The notes under the pieces are model-generated. The model was given only the letters and a program-made list of their open reading frames with translations. It did no database searches and was not told the DNA's origin. The position numbers and the translations under genes were made by a program. DNA of 46,238 bases from Octopus bimaculoides (taxonomy: Eukaryota): positions 78,635,164-78,681,401 of the forward strand of contig NC_068990.1 in assembly GCF_001194135.2 (NCBI RefSeq). Reading direction: 5' to 3'. Positions 24,331-36,948 of the stretch are shown one piece after another. Within the stretch, counting starts at the first letter, position 1; the number at the start of each line of letters is the position of its first letter.

Positions 24331-26004
24331 TTAAAAAAAATCTAAATCCTTTCTTTTACGAAGAATTCTAATTGACCAAGGTTCTGCATAGTTTCCGTCT
24401 ATCAAATTCTGTTCACAAGATATTGGCCAACTTAAGGCTCTGGTCAACACCTGCTCAAAGTTCTGATGGATAGAATTAAAACGATGGTTGTGAAACACAC
24501 CTCTTAACTGCCAAGCCATAGCTACTCCAAGGTTTGGTGAAAGGCAAAGTCAATGAGTTAACCAAATATCCTCCATAAGAATGACTAAAGCTATAATAAC
24601 TTTTCCTTAATATGGAACAGAAGCGTTAAGCAGTGATGTGTAGAAACACTGACTTTTTATCATTTCAAATATGCTTGAGGCATATTTGAACCCATAAGAA
24701 AGCTAATCACTGTATTTTGTAATGGGAAAAAATTTTTCACTGGAGACAAACTGGTGTAAACACAACTAGTCAGTTTGAAGCGTTCCCTAACCAGACTGAT
24801 GGATACCTGCATTTCTTTAGCATCAGATACAAGAAAGAGGAATGCTACAAACTGACAAGAGATGGATATCTCTTATTCTATTCCTGTCATTGTACTGCAA
24901 CTAGTTGTGCTAATCAGTGGCTCACCTTAAATCCAATTTCTGTATTTATTATTCAAACATGTGGTGTACTCTGGTGCCCAGTTTTAGTAGGGGAGATAAT
25001 CATTTCTTGATCAATCTTGGTAGGATTAGAAATTTTAATTTTATATTGAAGAACAAGGAAGAAGGTGCATAAAATATACATATTTAATTTTCTTTTCTTA
25101 CTACAAAGATCTGTATTTATCATGTCCTCCGGGAAAGTAGAATAAATTGCTCCTAGCTTTCAGTTTATGAATATATTTGATGTTAGCATCTCAAGTTCTG
25201 ATTTTCTGTCAGTCTTATACAAACAACATAATACAAATAGTGTTATACAAACAACACAATTTTCACGAGAGTTCTTCCTTTCTTCCTGAGATCAAAGTCA
25301 CTTCTCAACTACTCACAATATTTTGTGTTTCTCCAATTTTTTATAGAATCTCTTCATTCTACTTTTTCCATGCTTTCTCAAATGACAACCAAGAGATTAG
25401 CTTATGGAAGTTTCTAATACCTGCTAATCCCAAGGTCCATTGGCATGCATTAAAAAGAATCTTTCCTGGGTTTGTGTCATTGCCTCAAGAACTATGACAG
25501 GGAGAAGAGATTCAGGGCTTTAACTCTAGGAGACACACGTCTGTAAATATACACACACAATTCCTAGTGTTGCTCATGAACCATTTCTCATTCTCCTCTA
25601 GAGTACAGAGTCCAAAGTACAGAAGAACTTTGCCAAAAAACCGAGTCAACATGTTCTTTACTAAATACTTTCCAAGCAGTTCCTTACAAGAAGCATCATT
25701 ATTTGTTTGTCTCTCTCTATCTCTCCGTCCATCTCTGTGTCGACCTGATGTCTGACTTTCTATCTTCTTGACTGCCTATCTGTCTTTCTCTCTGTCTGTC
25801 CTACAATATGTGTATATATCATCATCATCATTATCGTTTAACGTCTAATGTCCATGCTGGCATGGGTTAGACAGCTTGACCAGGGCTGGTAAGCTCAGGG
25901 GCTGCACCAGACTCTAGTTTAATTTGGCATGGTTTGTATGGCTTCATGTCCTTCCTGATGCCAACCTCTCCAAGAGTGGCTGGTTTTAGGAAGGGCATAT
26001 ATAT

Positions 26005-26255
26005 ATTATCTTTTACTTATTTCAATCATTTAGACTGTGGCCATGCTGGGGCACCACTTTGAAGAATTTTAGTCAAATGCATTGACCCCAGGACTTGTCT
26101 TTTAAAGCTTGATACTTGTTCTATTAGTTTCTTTTGCCAAACCACTAACTTATGGGGACATAAATACACCAACACCGGTTATCAAGTGGTGGTGGGGAAT
26201 GCACACACACACACACACACACACGACAGGCTTCTTTCAGTTTCTACCTACTAAA
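26005..26255 (-). mobile_element. Partial family B SINE
   Basis: Matches 5640-5890. Confidence 0.75.
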
Positions 26256-26506
26256 TATATACACACACAATGTTTTAACATCCACTTTTCTATACTTGCA
26301 TAGAATGGAGGAAACTTTATTGAGTCCAGTTTCTCCAGTCATGATGCTCTTCCTGCTGCCAACCCTTGCCTGCTCCCAAGCAAAATAATGTCTCTCCTCA
26401 TTTATCAAACAATAATCAACCCAGACATACTTTCACAGAAGACTGCAAACTAACAACACTGTTTGTATAAATGGGGATGTTTACAATCAGGTACCTGCCA
26501 ACTCAT

Positions 26507-26510
<4 letters not shown>

Positions 26511-26588
<78 letters not shown>
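26511..26588. repeat. (CA)n microsatellite
   Basis: Seen directly. Confidence 0.95.
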
Positions 26589-26590
<2 letters not shown>

Positions 26591-27004
26591 CTATATACAC
26601 ATATATATGGGTTTATAGGTTTATGAATGAATCTAGTGCAAATTATGGCAAATTGAAGTTTTTACATAACACAAATAATTGAGACTGAACAAACAATGGG
26701 ATGCTTGGTGTGTGTGTGTGATTTATTAATGAGATAATAAAGTTTATTTAACAAGAATAAAAGAAAAACACAAGATCCTGCTATCATCACTTTTTATAAT
26801 TAGTATGGCATGTGCTGCTGCCACCACACACACGCATGCACACACACACACACATACATGCACACACACACACACATACATGCACACACACACACACATG
26901 CATGCACACACACACTGACCTTTATTGTTATTACGAACATGAATTTTTAAAAAGTAACAATTATCGTTACAGCTTAATAAGATATCAAAACTGGAAGAAT
27001 CATT

Positions 27005-27625
27005 AGCGAAGCTGGACAAAATGTTGAGTGTTATTTCTTCTGATTTCACATTCTGAGTTCAAATGCCATTGCAGTCAACTCTGCATTTCTACATTTCAGG
27101 GTCAATTAAACCAAGTACCAATGAAGTACAAGGGCCCATATTAATCAATTAGTACTTTTCTTAAAATCATTGACCTTCTGTCTATTGTAGAAGCAATTAT
27201 CATTTTTATTTTGGTTTGGCTCAGTTTCAGTCTTGTTCCTGGTAACCAGCTTGTTCCCTTTGTCAAAAGGTTTGCAAGACTCCAGCAGGCTTCAAGAGAC
27301 ACATTCGTGTCCACAGAACATGATTACCACTTTATTTACTGGACCCTCATTTGTCATTAATGATGAGAGAATCCATCATATATACACACACACACACACA
27401 CATATAAATATATAGTTACATTATTACTGTAAATACACAGAGAGAAAGGCAATGAATTAGCAGAATCATTAATGATTCAGACAAAATGCTGGGCAGCATT
27501 TACATTCTGAGTTCAAATGCCACTGATGTTGACTTTGCCTTTTATCTTTATGGGGTCAATAAAATAAAGCCCTGGCCTGATGCCAAAATTTGAAACCATT
27601 GTTATCATCATCGTTATTATTATTA
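27005..27625 (+). mobile_element. Two diverged family A SINE copies (about 27005-27195 and 27450-27625)
   Basis: acattctgagttcaaatgcca...actttgcc/actctgca...ggggtcaat core present in both. Confidence 0.65.
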
Positions 27626-27931
27626 TTGTAAAAAACACACAAACACACACAAATATAAGTTATTCTTTTGAAGTGTTAATTAAGAAAAAGCATTATGGAC
27701 AGACAAAATTTGCTAAACATCACTTGGTATGTTTGACAAAACTCAGCTATGGATAATATACATCAAAGTTATTGTCTCCAATAATAATAGAGAGATAAGT
27801 AGGTAATTAAACAGATTTAATCAGCTGATTTAAACAGTTGAATTGAAGTTGAATCTTAATGAATGAAATATTGTAAATTGCAGTTTAAATTACTAACATC
27901 AATCTGATGTAGACATGTTAATGAATGTATA

Positions 27932-28620
27932 TCAGTTTATGAGTAAAAAGTCAGCAACATTTTGAAACATAAAAGTCATCATATTTGAACAATGTGAACA
28001 TTTTATTCCACAAAGTAAGTACCATTAGAATCAGCACATTTTTGCCAACGAGTTACAAGTTTATTTATTCCGGTAACATAAAAATCTGGAGTTCTGGAGC
28101 TGATGAACTCTTTGAACACACTTTCAGCATCGGTTTGATTTTTTAACTCCTTCTCTCGCAGGAAACCATCAAGGTGCTTGAAAAAGTGGTAGTCGGTTGG
28201 AGAAAGGTCTGGGGAATAAGCTGGGTGAGGAAGAACTTCGTAGCCAAGTTCCCTCAACTTCTGGAGCGTCATTAGTGAAACGTGAGGTCGAGCATTGTCA
28301 TGAAGAATGATTGGTCCTCTTCTGTTGACTAATCTGGGACGGAGGAGCAGCAGCTTTTCATTCATTTTGACAATTTCGTGGCAATATGTTTCTGCAGTAA
28401 TGGTTTTTCCAGGTTTTAAGAAGTTATAGTGGCTGAGTCCAGCAGCACACTACCAAACAGTCACCATAACCTTCTTTTTGAAGAGCTCGGGTTTAGGGAA
28501 GGTTTTTCAGTGCTTCATTTTAGTCCAACCACTGCAAAGAACGTTTTTTATTATTGTACAGAATCCACTTTTCATTGCAAGTTACAATACAGTCGAGAAA
28601 CGGATTAGTCTGGTTACAGT
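27932..28620 (-). mobile_element. 3' half of a mariner (DD34D), Hsmar1/cecropia-like; transposase pseudogene
   Basis: HDNARPH-x-YSPDLSPTDY with exactly 34 residues between the last two Asp. The upstream frameshifted segment PKPELFKKKVMVTVW and TCNEKW shows the first Asp mutated. Possible TIR TA|tcagtttatgagtaaaaag at 27932. Confidence 0.9.
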
Positions 28621-29781
28621 TTCAGCTGCTTTACATCCTTTTTTTGATGTTGAATAGCAAAATTGCTTGAATATCACACTTTGACAGTTCCATTTCAGTT
28701 GATTGTAACAACTGTGAAAAAAATATCAATGTTAATTTATTGATGCATTTGGGTAAGTCTATGTCTGTATTATCAGACAATTGCAAAAAAATGTTTTAAA
28801 AAATTCAAAACTCTGCAAGAATCTGGTCTGAATTCTTCATGTTTCAAAATGCTGCTTACTTTTTACTCCACCTGATATATAGTCAGTGTTTTGCACGATT
28901 TCAGCCCCTGTGAGCATATATGTATACATTTATGTGCTTTTCCTACAGCATTAGAGCATTTTAGCCCTTATTTCTAGCAATGTAGGTGTCTTGATGCCCT
29001 TAGTCGCATTTAGTAACAATTATATTTTTCCTTTATGGTGTCGCATTTGCACATGGTTGTTTATATTAATTCATATACATTCAAGAAAAATAAGAAAATA
29101 GAGATGCATCAATTAATAAGTATATTTATTAACTGCAAAAATAAACATGATCTCTAACAGCTGTTTCAATTCATACTCTAAAGATTATAATTGTAATAAT
29201 TAAATCATTTTATAAAGCAGAATCCAAGATACACTGGTTTAATATATTAAATTTTGAAGAGCGTGTTGCAAGACAGTGTGTGAGAGAGAATCGTGATGTC
29301 GTATGAGAGAAATGTGTCCACATGGATGATGGCTCACTTGCACTAAATGAGGCTGCAAATAGAGAGGTTTGGAGATGCCACTATGAAAGGCTGCTTAATA
29401 AAGAGAATGAATGGGAGGAAGAGAGTCTGCTGCATGTCAACCCAACAGAGGGACCAGCTATACTAATTGACAGCACCTTGATAGATAAAGCGATCAAGAG
29501 TATGAAGACAGGGAAAGCCCCCGGCCCATCAGGAATCACTGCAGAGATGCTCAAAATATCTGGCAGTGTTGGCTATAGCCTAGTCACCTGTATAGTTAAT
29601 CAGGTGATACATGAAGGAGTCATACCCAATGACTGGTGTAGCAGCACCATAGTCAACTGCTACAAAGGTAAAGGTGACGCTTTAGATACAAATAATTACA
29701 GAGGTATCAAGTTGTTGGATCAGGTAATGAAGGTCACCGAGAGGGTCATAGCCCAACAAATCAGGGAGAGAGTCAGTTTAG

Positions 29782-31143
29782 ATGAGATGCAGTTTGGGTT
29801 TTGTGCCAGGGAAAAGCACCACTGATGCTATATTTCTGGTAAGACAGCTGCAGGAGAAATACCTAGCCAAAGATAAACCTCTGTANNNNNNNNNNAGACA
29901 GCTGCAGGAGAAATACCTAGCCAAAGATAAACCTCTGTACCTGGCTTTCGTTGACATGGAGAAAGCCTTTGACAGGATCCCCCGCTCCCTTATCTGGTGG
30001 TCAATGAAGAAACTAGGTATAGATGAGTGGTTAGTAAGAGCTGTGCAAGCCATGTACAGGAATGCTGTCAGTAAGGTAAGGGTTGGCAATGAGTACAGTG
30101 AAGAATTCCAGGTAGAGGTAGGGGTCCACCAAGCTTCAGTCCTCAGCCTCCTCCTATTTATCATAGTCCTCCAAGCAATAACACAGGAATTCAAGACGGG
30201 ATGCCCCTGGGAGCTCCTCTATGCTGATGACCTTGCACTAATTTCTGAGTCACTATCAGAACTAGAGAAGTTTCAGGTGTGGAAACAAGGTTTAGAATCG
30301 AAGGGCCTTAGAGTCAACCTAACTAAAATCAAAGTCTTAATAAGTAGGAAGGTAGACAAGACACAAACCCCTTCAGACAGATGGCCCTGCTCGATCTGCA
30401 GAAAAGGCATAGATAGAAACGCCATAAGATGTTCCCAGTGTAAGCTATGGACACATAAGAGGTGCAGCAATATCAAAGGAAGGCTAACTAGCAAGATAGT
30501 TTTTGTATGTGGCAGATGCTCAGGAGCAATAAACATTGAGAATGTGCAGAAAACAACCTTTGCCACACTCCAGGGAGAAAAACTAAAAGTAGTTGATAGC
30601 TTCCGCTACCTAGGTGGCCAAGTTTGTAGCGGGGGAGGGTGCACTGAAAGTGTAGCTGCTAGAATAAGAATAGCCTGGGCAAAGTTCAGAGAGCTCTTAC
30701 CTCTGCTGGTGACAAAGGGCCTCTCGCTCAGAGTAAAAGGCAGACTGTATGACGCATGTGTACAAACAGCCATGCTACATGGCAGTGAAACTTGGGCCGT
30801 GACTGCTGAGGACATGTGTAAGCTCGTAAGAAACGAAACCAGTATGCTCCGATGGAGAGAAAAGTTAGACCTAAGAAGCATCAGTTGTGGTGTGCAAGAG
30901 GGACGATTGCACTGGTATGGACATGTGGCAAGAATGGATGAGGATAGCTGTGTGAAAAAGTGCCACACCCTAGCAGTTGAGGGAACTTGTGGAAGAGGTA
31001 GACCCAAGAAGACCTGGGATGAGGTGGTGAAGCACGACCTTCGAACTTTAGGCCTCACCGAGGCAATGACCAGTGACAGGGACCTTTGGAAATATGCAGT
31101 ATCTGAGAAGACCCGGCAAGGCAAGTCAGAGCATAATCTGTGA
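29782..31143 (+). pseudogene. RTE reverse transcriptase ORF remnant (about 440 aa) with C4HC3 PHD insert at 30388-30519
   Basis: ORF track translation: CSIC...CSQC...HKRC...CGRC. Confidence 0.88.
29886..29895. other. 10-N gap flanked by a duplicated 44-nt overlap (assembly artefact)
   Basis: agacagctgcaggagaaatacctagccaaagataaacctctgta occurs on both sides. Confidence 0.9.
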
Positions 31144-32140
31144 TCTCTGCCAGAAGTATAGCCTGCTCATTAATTCGTATCTTTACTTCATTGGACACTA
31201 AAAGCCCTGCTTGTGAAGACCTATTGAGGCAAGTGAATTTGGAATTTGGAATTTGAAATCTGAAATCGAAATCAAACCAAATTCAACGACTGGCACCCAT
31301 GCCAACCTCTCCTTCATTGACCACTAAGCTCTGCTTGTGAAGACCTGTTGGGGCAAGTGAAGTCATAATTGAACCATACTCGATGACTGGCACCTGCGCC
31401 AGTTGAACACTAACAGCACTGTCCGAGCGTGTTCATTGCCAGAGCAGCTGTCTGGCTTCCGTGCTAGTGGCCCGTAAATAGCATCATTTGAGCGTAATCG
31501 TTACCTGTGTTGCCTTCTAGCACTTGTGCTGGTGGCACGTTAGAAAATCATTCGTGCGAGGTCGTTGCCAGTGCCGCTGGACTGGCTCCCGTGCAGTACC
31601 ATGTGACTGGCCCTCGTGCCGGTGGCATGTAAAAGCACCCACTACACTCTATACTTCTATTCTAGCCTTTTGACTTTCTCCTTTTCTCTCTCTCTCTTCT
31701 GCCTGCTGCTGTCACATGGCCTGTGGCCAGCTCTTTCCCTTTCTCACACTGGTCCTATAACTGACCAGTCACAAATTCTCTGTCTCTCCATTCTCCTCCC
31801 TTTAGGATACCTTCTAAGTTTTATTCACTATTCTTGTCCATTGTCCTAAATCACACACTGTGTTGTTTTACTTTGTCTTGTTTGCTCTCGGCCCTGAATT
31901 CTCCACAAAAAAAATTTTTTGTGGGCACCACCAATATGGGAAGCCCTCAGTCTTATCATTAATTGTATGAAACTGAGTTGATAACTGGTTGATAACTGAT
32001 GAAGAATTAGGGATCTTCTGCGTTTGTCTCCCGTCTGGTTGTACACTCAGTGTATATTATGTCATTTGTTTATTTACCATACATTTTTTCATTTATTATG
32101 TATATATATACATGTATGTATGTAGATATATATGTAAATA

Positions 32141-32171
<31 letters not shown>

Positions 32172-32386
32172 NNNNNNNNNNNNNNNNNNNNNNNNNNNNN
32201 NNNNNNNNNNNNNNNNNNNNNNNNNNNNNNNNNNNNNNNNNNNNNNNNNNNNNNNNNNNNNNNNNNNNNNNNNNNNNNNNNNNNNNNNNNNNNNNNNNNN
32301 NNNNNNNNNNNNNNNNNNNNNNNNNNNNNNNNNNNNNNNNNNNNNNNNNNNNNNNNNNNNNNNNNNNNNNNNNNNNNNNNNNNNNN
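32172..32386. other. Assembly gap within (TA)n
   Basis: Seen directly. Confidence 1.
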
Positions 32387-32419
<33 letters not shown>

Positions 32420-32421
<2 letters not shown>

Positions 32422-32653
32422 CAAATGTGGTAAATAATTCCCTGATGCAGATAGCTTAATTAGATATAAATAAATTGAAGCAGGAGAGAAGCCATATGAT
32501 TGTGATTTCTGTGGTGAATCAATCTCCCTTGCAAATACCTTAATAATACATGGAGAAGAAGCCCTATATCACTGTGATATCTGTGAGAAACTGTTTTCAC
32601 AAAATTGTGCATTAATTAAACACAACCATATTAATACAAGAAACAAACCATGT
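32420..32653 (+). pseudogene. C2H2 zinc-finger gene relic (3 degenerate fingers)
   Basis: Single frame DKCGK*FPDADSLIRYK*IEAGEKPYDCDFCGESISLANTLIIHGEEALYHCDICEKLFSQNCALIKHNHINTRNKPC, with a GEKPY linker, two stops and lost His ligands. Confidence 0.85.
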
Positions 32654-32655
32654 CT

Positions 32656-32702
<47 letters not shown>

Positions 32703-33482
32703 CCTACCTACATATATACACACACATATAATGTTATAATAAAACCACAAATATTGTTAAATACAACTACCCAGGGCTTCCTGGTTGAAATAGTAATTTA
32801 CTTCACCATTTTTCAAGCTGAGAAGAAGACTGTTTGTCAGTTTGTCTGTTGAGCAGATGAGGTTTAAATAAGGGATGCTGATAAAGAACTTGAGAACCTC
32901 CAATGAATACATCAATTCCCAGAATGAGATTATTTTCTGCATTTCAACCGATACATCTTATCGGAATTTAAAAATAGACCACCAGACACTTTGTAAACTC
33001 TCAGCATCTTGTTTACATCTGTCTGACATATAATTATTGTAACATTGATTATCGCCCTTGTATTTTTCTTTTGTCTTCTTCATTATCTGCATCTCTTGCT
33101 TAAACGTTATCTGCCTAAAAGACAACCAACGAACGATCTTCTCAGCTTCATAAATAGTGAATGAATTATTATTTCAACCAGGAAACCCTGGGTGGGTGTA
33201 TTTAGCAAGATTTCTGATTTTATTATAACGTTATCTTTACTCTCTTGGCTGATCAAGTGTTCTTCTACTTGTTGAAACCTTACCACATAAGATATATATA
33301 TATCATCATCATCATCATCGTTTATGTATGTATATATATATGTATATATATATAAATAATATATATATGCATACATATACGTATGTACATACATAAATAT
33401 GTATATAGGTATGCATATATGGTACAGGACATCATAAAATGTAAACAACATGAAAAACGAAAATGTACTGAACATTCCCTTC

Positions 33483-33965
33483 AAAATATCTGTCAAGGGT
33501 AAGCATAACAGGCCAGATATTGTTGTTTGGGACTGACAAGAAAAAGTATGTACCCCGTCATAGAGGTCTGTTGTTCTGCTGATGTGGATGTCTCTTTGAA
33601 AATCAAAGTGAAAGAGAATAGCTATGGACACTTGTTTTGAAACCTTTAGCTTCAAATATCAAGAATACAAATTCATATTTATACCAACACTGATTGGAGT
33701 AATTGGTTTTGTCAGTAAATGCCTAAGTGACAATCTGGACAAGCTAGGGTTTCAACATTATAAATACAAGCTGTAAGTGGAATAGTAAAAATATTGAAGA
33801 CTTTTCTCAAGTTTAAAATGTGACATTATTCTTGTTACCTTCATTCCAATGATGAAGCTTTGTATCTTCCTTAGAAACCAGCTCCTTCCTCAAATGAAGA
33901 ATCTAAATGATAAAAAAAAAACAGAAGAAAACATACATATATATTAACATACGTACATACATGCA
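33483..33965 (+). mobile_element. RLE endonuclease domain and 3'UTR of the (CATA)n-tailed RLE LINE family
   Basis: KHNRPDIVVWD*QEKVC..IEVCCSADVDVSLKIKVKENSYG matches the RLE PD..D motif, then YQEYKFIFIPTLIGVIGFVSKCL. Confidence 0.75.
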
Positions 33966-34009
33966 ATACCAGGCAATGGCAATCAAGGTTTTACAAGTGA
34001 TAATATGTA

Positions 34010-34500
34010 CATGTTTAGTCCAGGTGTAAAAGATGGGTTATAACAAATATTCTGCTCAACACCACGGATTTGCTAGTTAGTTGTTTGATCTTAACTGGTT
34101 GAGTATGTCCCTTAGTGGTTGATGATATAAGCATCTCTGCTTACAAGCAGGAGTAGTGGGGGAGCATCATAGTAACATGGTGAGAAGGATTCTTCGTGGC
34201 TTGAATAATTCCCCACTGAAAACATGGGTGTTTCACATTCCATATTCAAGAAATTTTCTTCAGATTAAGTAGCCCCTCTCTGAATACGAAAGAGGCTACT
34301 TGACTTGAAGAAAACTCTAATTCTGTCCCACTTGCAAGGTCATGTACTGTTTATCTTGATATAAGATCACCATGTTGTCCAGATATAGTTGTGATGCCTG
34401 GTGTATGCTTATCAGGCAGGTAGTCACGATGGATATGTTGGGTTCCATATATTTGTACCTCAGCATCACTTTGATGGTGTCTGCTGGTCTCTCACATAAT
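34010..34500 (+). mobile_element. Family E retroposon 3' portion
   Basis: Homologous to the reverse complement of 14755-15030. Confidence 0.6.
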
Positions 34501-35169
34501 ATGTATGTATATATGAACATATTTTGAGCCTTAGTATTAACATCCAGTGTTGTGCTGCTTGTTATTATGTCTATAGAACACATTGGTACTGTTGTTTCTT
34601 CATTTTATTCTAAAAATTTCATTGTGGAAGACAACCCTACAACATTTGTTTGATGAATGTTGCATCAGATAATAATTGTTAAATAAACTATCAGAGTTAA
34701 ATAGAGCAACCACCGTTTAATGTAAGCAAGGCATGATCCAATGAATTTTTCAGATATTTAAAAATTCGTTGTTGCAGTTTCTGACATTAAAGGATAACTG
34801 TTCAGCATTTGAAATGTCACACACCCCATCACATATAATAGGAGGGTGGGTGGGAATTGGTAACTATGCTTTTAAGTTCTGAGAGTAAAATTCTTTGAAT
34901 GTCTGAACAAGACGTTTTTCCTGTTCATATGACATATCATGCCCAAAGTACTTCTACTCTGTCAACAGCTGGCTTCAACCTTTGACTGGCCTTATCCAAA
35001 TTATACAGCTACATATTTGAAGACATACTGTCATTTCCTCTAATTACCAAATAATGTTGTTGTTGTTATAAGTAAGTCGTTGTCAAAGTGACATCATCAC
35101 TCTTACTAAGTGACAAAACCTTTTCTTTTTTTTCATGCCAGTTGTAAAAATCATTTTTTTTTTTTTTAT

Positions 35170-35376
35170 CCTTTTACTTGTTTCAGTCATTTGACTGTGG
35201 CCATGCTGGAGCACTGCCTTTAGTCGAAGAAATTGACCTCAGGACTGATTCTTTGTAAGCCTAGTACTTATTCTATCAGTCTCTTTTGCCGACTTGCTAA
35301 GTTATGGAGACATAAACACACCAACATCGGTTGTCAAGTGATAGTGGAGGGCACACAGATACACACAAACATATTC

Positions 35377-35448
<72 letters not shown>

Positions 35449-35569
35449 TCGTAAATATACAGGGATTAGCATTGAGTTGCTTCTCCAACACTGAAAATTT
35501 AGAAATAGCAGTCAAAAAACTACTGATTCTAAACTACAAATTTTTCTCTAAATGGATGGCGTATTCTTG

Positions 35570-35604
<35 letters not shown>

Positions 35605-36181
35605 ATAAACAGACATGCAGGAAGTAAATAGACTCTTTTAATTTTTAAAATTTCTGATCTAAGTATCTTAATATGTTTTCAGCCATGTAGAATTTACAAT
35701 GTAATTATTCTTTTTCATTCCAGATGCCATTATATTAAACATTTGCGAAGAGAAACCATGCCATGCACAAAAAATTCAGCACAACTGTCAGATTTTCAAA
35801 GAGGTCATATTGTTGTGCAATCTGATGCTGGTCTTAGCCAGCGAAAAATTGCCGAAAATCTTCAAATTCCTCTTGTTACTGTTAATAGAATTATAGTGCA
35901 ATTCAAAAGCCAAGGAAAAGAATCAACAGATTCTCATCCCGGCCGACCTTGGCCCTCAGAAAGGAAGCTTCACTGCTTGAAGAGAATTGTGGAAAACAGA
36001 CCCCGTTTGAAGGCTTCTGACATTGCAAAACAGCTAGAAGTTAGTCCAAGAATGTGTGCTACATATCTGCATAAGCTTGGGTATTATGGACGAGCAGCTA
36101 GAAGAAAACCTCTCCTTCAACCAATTAATATCAAATAAAAGATTTTGAAAATTAAAGGTGTCTATTTACTTCCTGCACGTC

Positions 36182-36231
<50 letters not shown>

Positions 36232-36260
36232 GCTTCTTTCAGTTGCCGTCTACCAAATGT
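35170..36260 (-). mobile_element. Family B SINE split by insertions in its internal (TA)n tract
   Basis: Tail half at 35170-35390. The continuation gatgggcttctttcagttgccgtctaccaaat resumes at about 36226. Confidence 0.75.
35610..36183 (+). mobile_element. Internally deleted Tc1-like element with both TIRs and transposase N-terminal HTH
   Basis: TIRs cagacatgcaggaagtaaatagac / gtctatttacttcctgcacgtctg. ORF 35758-36138 (QLSDFQRGHIV...GLSQRKIA...GRP...GRAARRKPLL). DDE domain absent. Confidence 0.9.
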
Positions 36261-36948
36261 GGTAACTATTTTTCATTCAACATCCTCCTCCATCCTTGAT
36301 CATAACCTGTTTCCCCATTTACAGGATTTCCTTCCTTCCTTCCTTTCTGATGTATGAGTTTTATTGAACATGCATATTGTCAGGGGACATAACTAGATTC
36401 CTACAGGACTGGGTCATGGCCACAAGATGGTCATTTGGCCTTTACTAGTCTGAGCAGATTTCACCTTCTCAATGCTGTATGGTTATTCTAGAGACTGATT
36501 GACTGGGAGTTTGCCCTTCACTGAGACACACCTTGATGATCTACTTGTTAGAACAAGCTCAACCAAAGATGAATAATGAATGCCTTCACTTCCTCCTCCA
36601 GCCACTTACCTTTTATTGTATAGTGTCATTAACACCAGTAAGCTCCTGTTTGGTGTGTCCTTGCTTGACCATGTGGCAGTCAAAGGTAGAGCTTGTCTAG
36701 TGGCCATCCGATATTTTGCTGCACCTATATTATTGCCTAAGTTAAAAGAATTTCTTGGTTGGCCTGAAGGAGAGTCAAGACTTGAACCTTGATCCCTGTA
36801 AGGGCCCTAAATATTGATCAATCAATCGGATATTTGAGACACACAAGCTTCTCTTGAGTTGTAAGGAAACATAGATTTCAAAACTATATTTTTTTGAAAC
36901 TGACGTGTACAAATATATATATATATATATGATGATGATAAATATATA

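Larger units (their letters stand above)
29260..31650 (+). mobile_element. 5'-truncated RTE-clade LINE: RT (YADD), PHD finger, thumb region and repetitive 3'UTR
   Basis: KAPGPSGI, YRGIKLL, QFGF, FVDMEKAFD, LLYADD and FRYLG motifs. Frameshift near 29790-29810 and a deletion near MLRW|REKL. No APE endonuclease. The 3'UTR stops at cactacactct (about 31650). Confidence 0.93.

Noticed and set aside
29840-29940. Apparent tandem duplication in the RT (RQLQEKYLAKDKPL twice)
   Set aside because: The duplicate flanks a 10-N gap, so it is an unmerged contig overlap.
31996-32030. CTGATGAAG motifs (also minus strand at about 14010) suggestive of Penelope hammerheads
   Set aside because: No stem II-GAAA follows; at best truncated relics.
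33107-33655. 182-aa minus-strand ORF
   Set aside because: It is a patchwork of antisense RLE LINE, microsatellite and repeat sequence, not a gene.
36600-36615. Minus-strand AAG|GTAAGT donor
   Set aside because: No acceptor or coherent frame upstream; within chance expectation.
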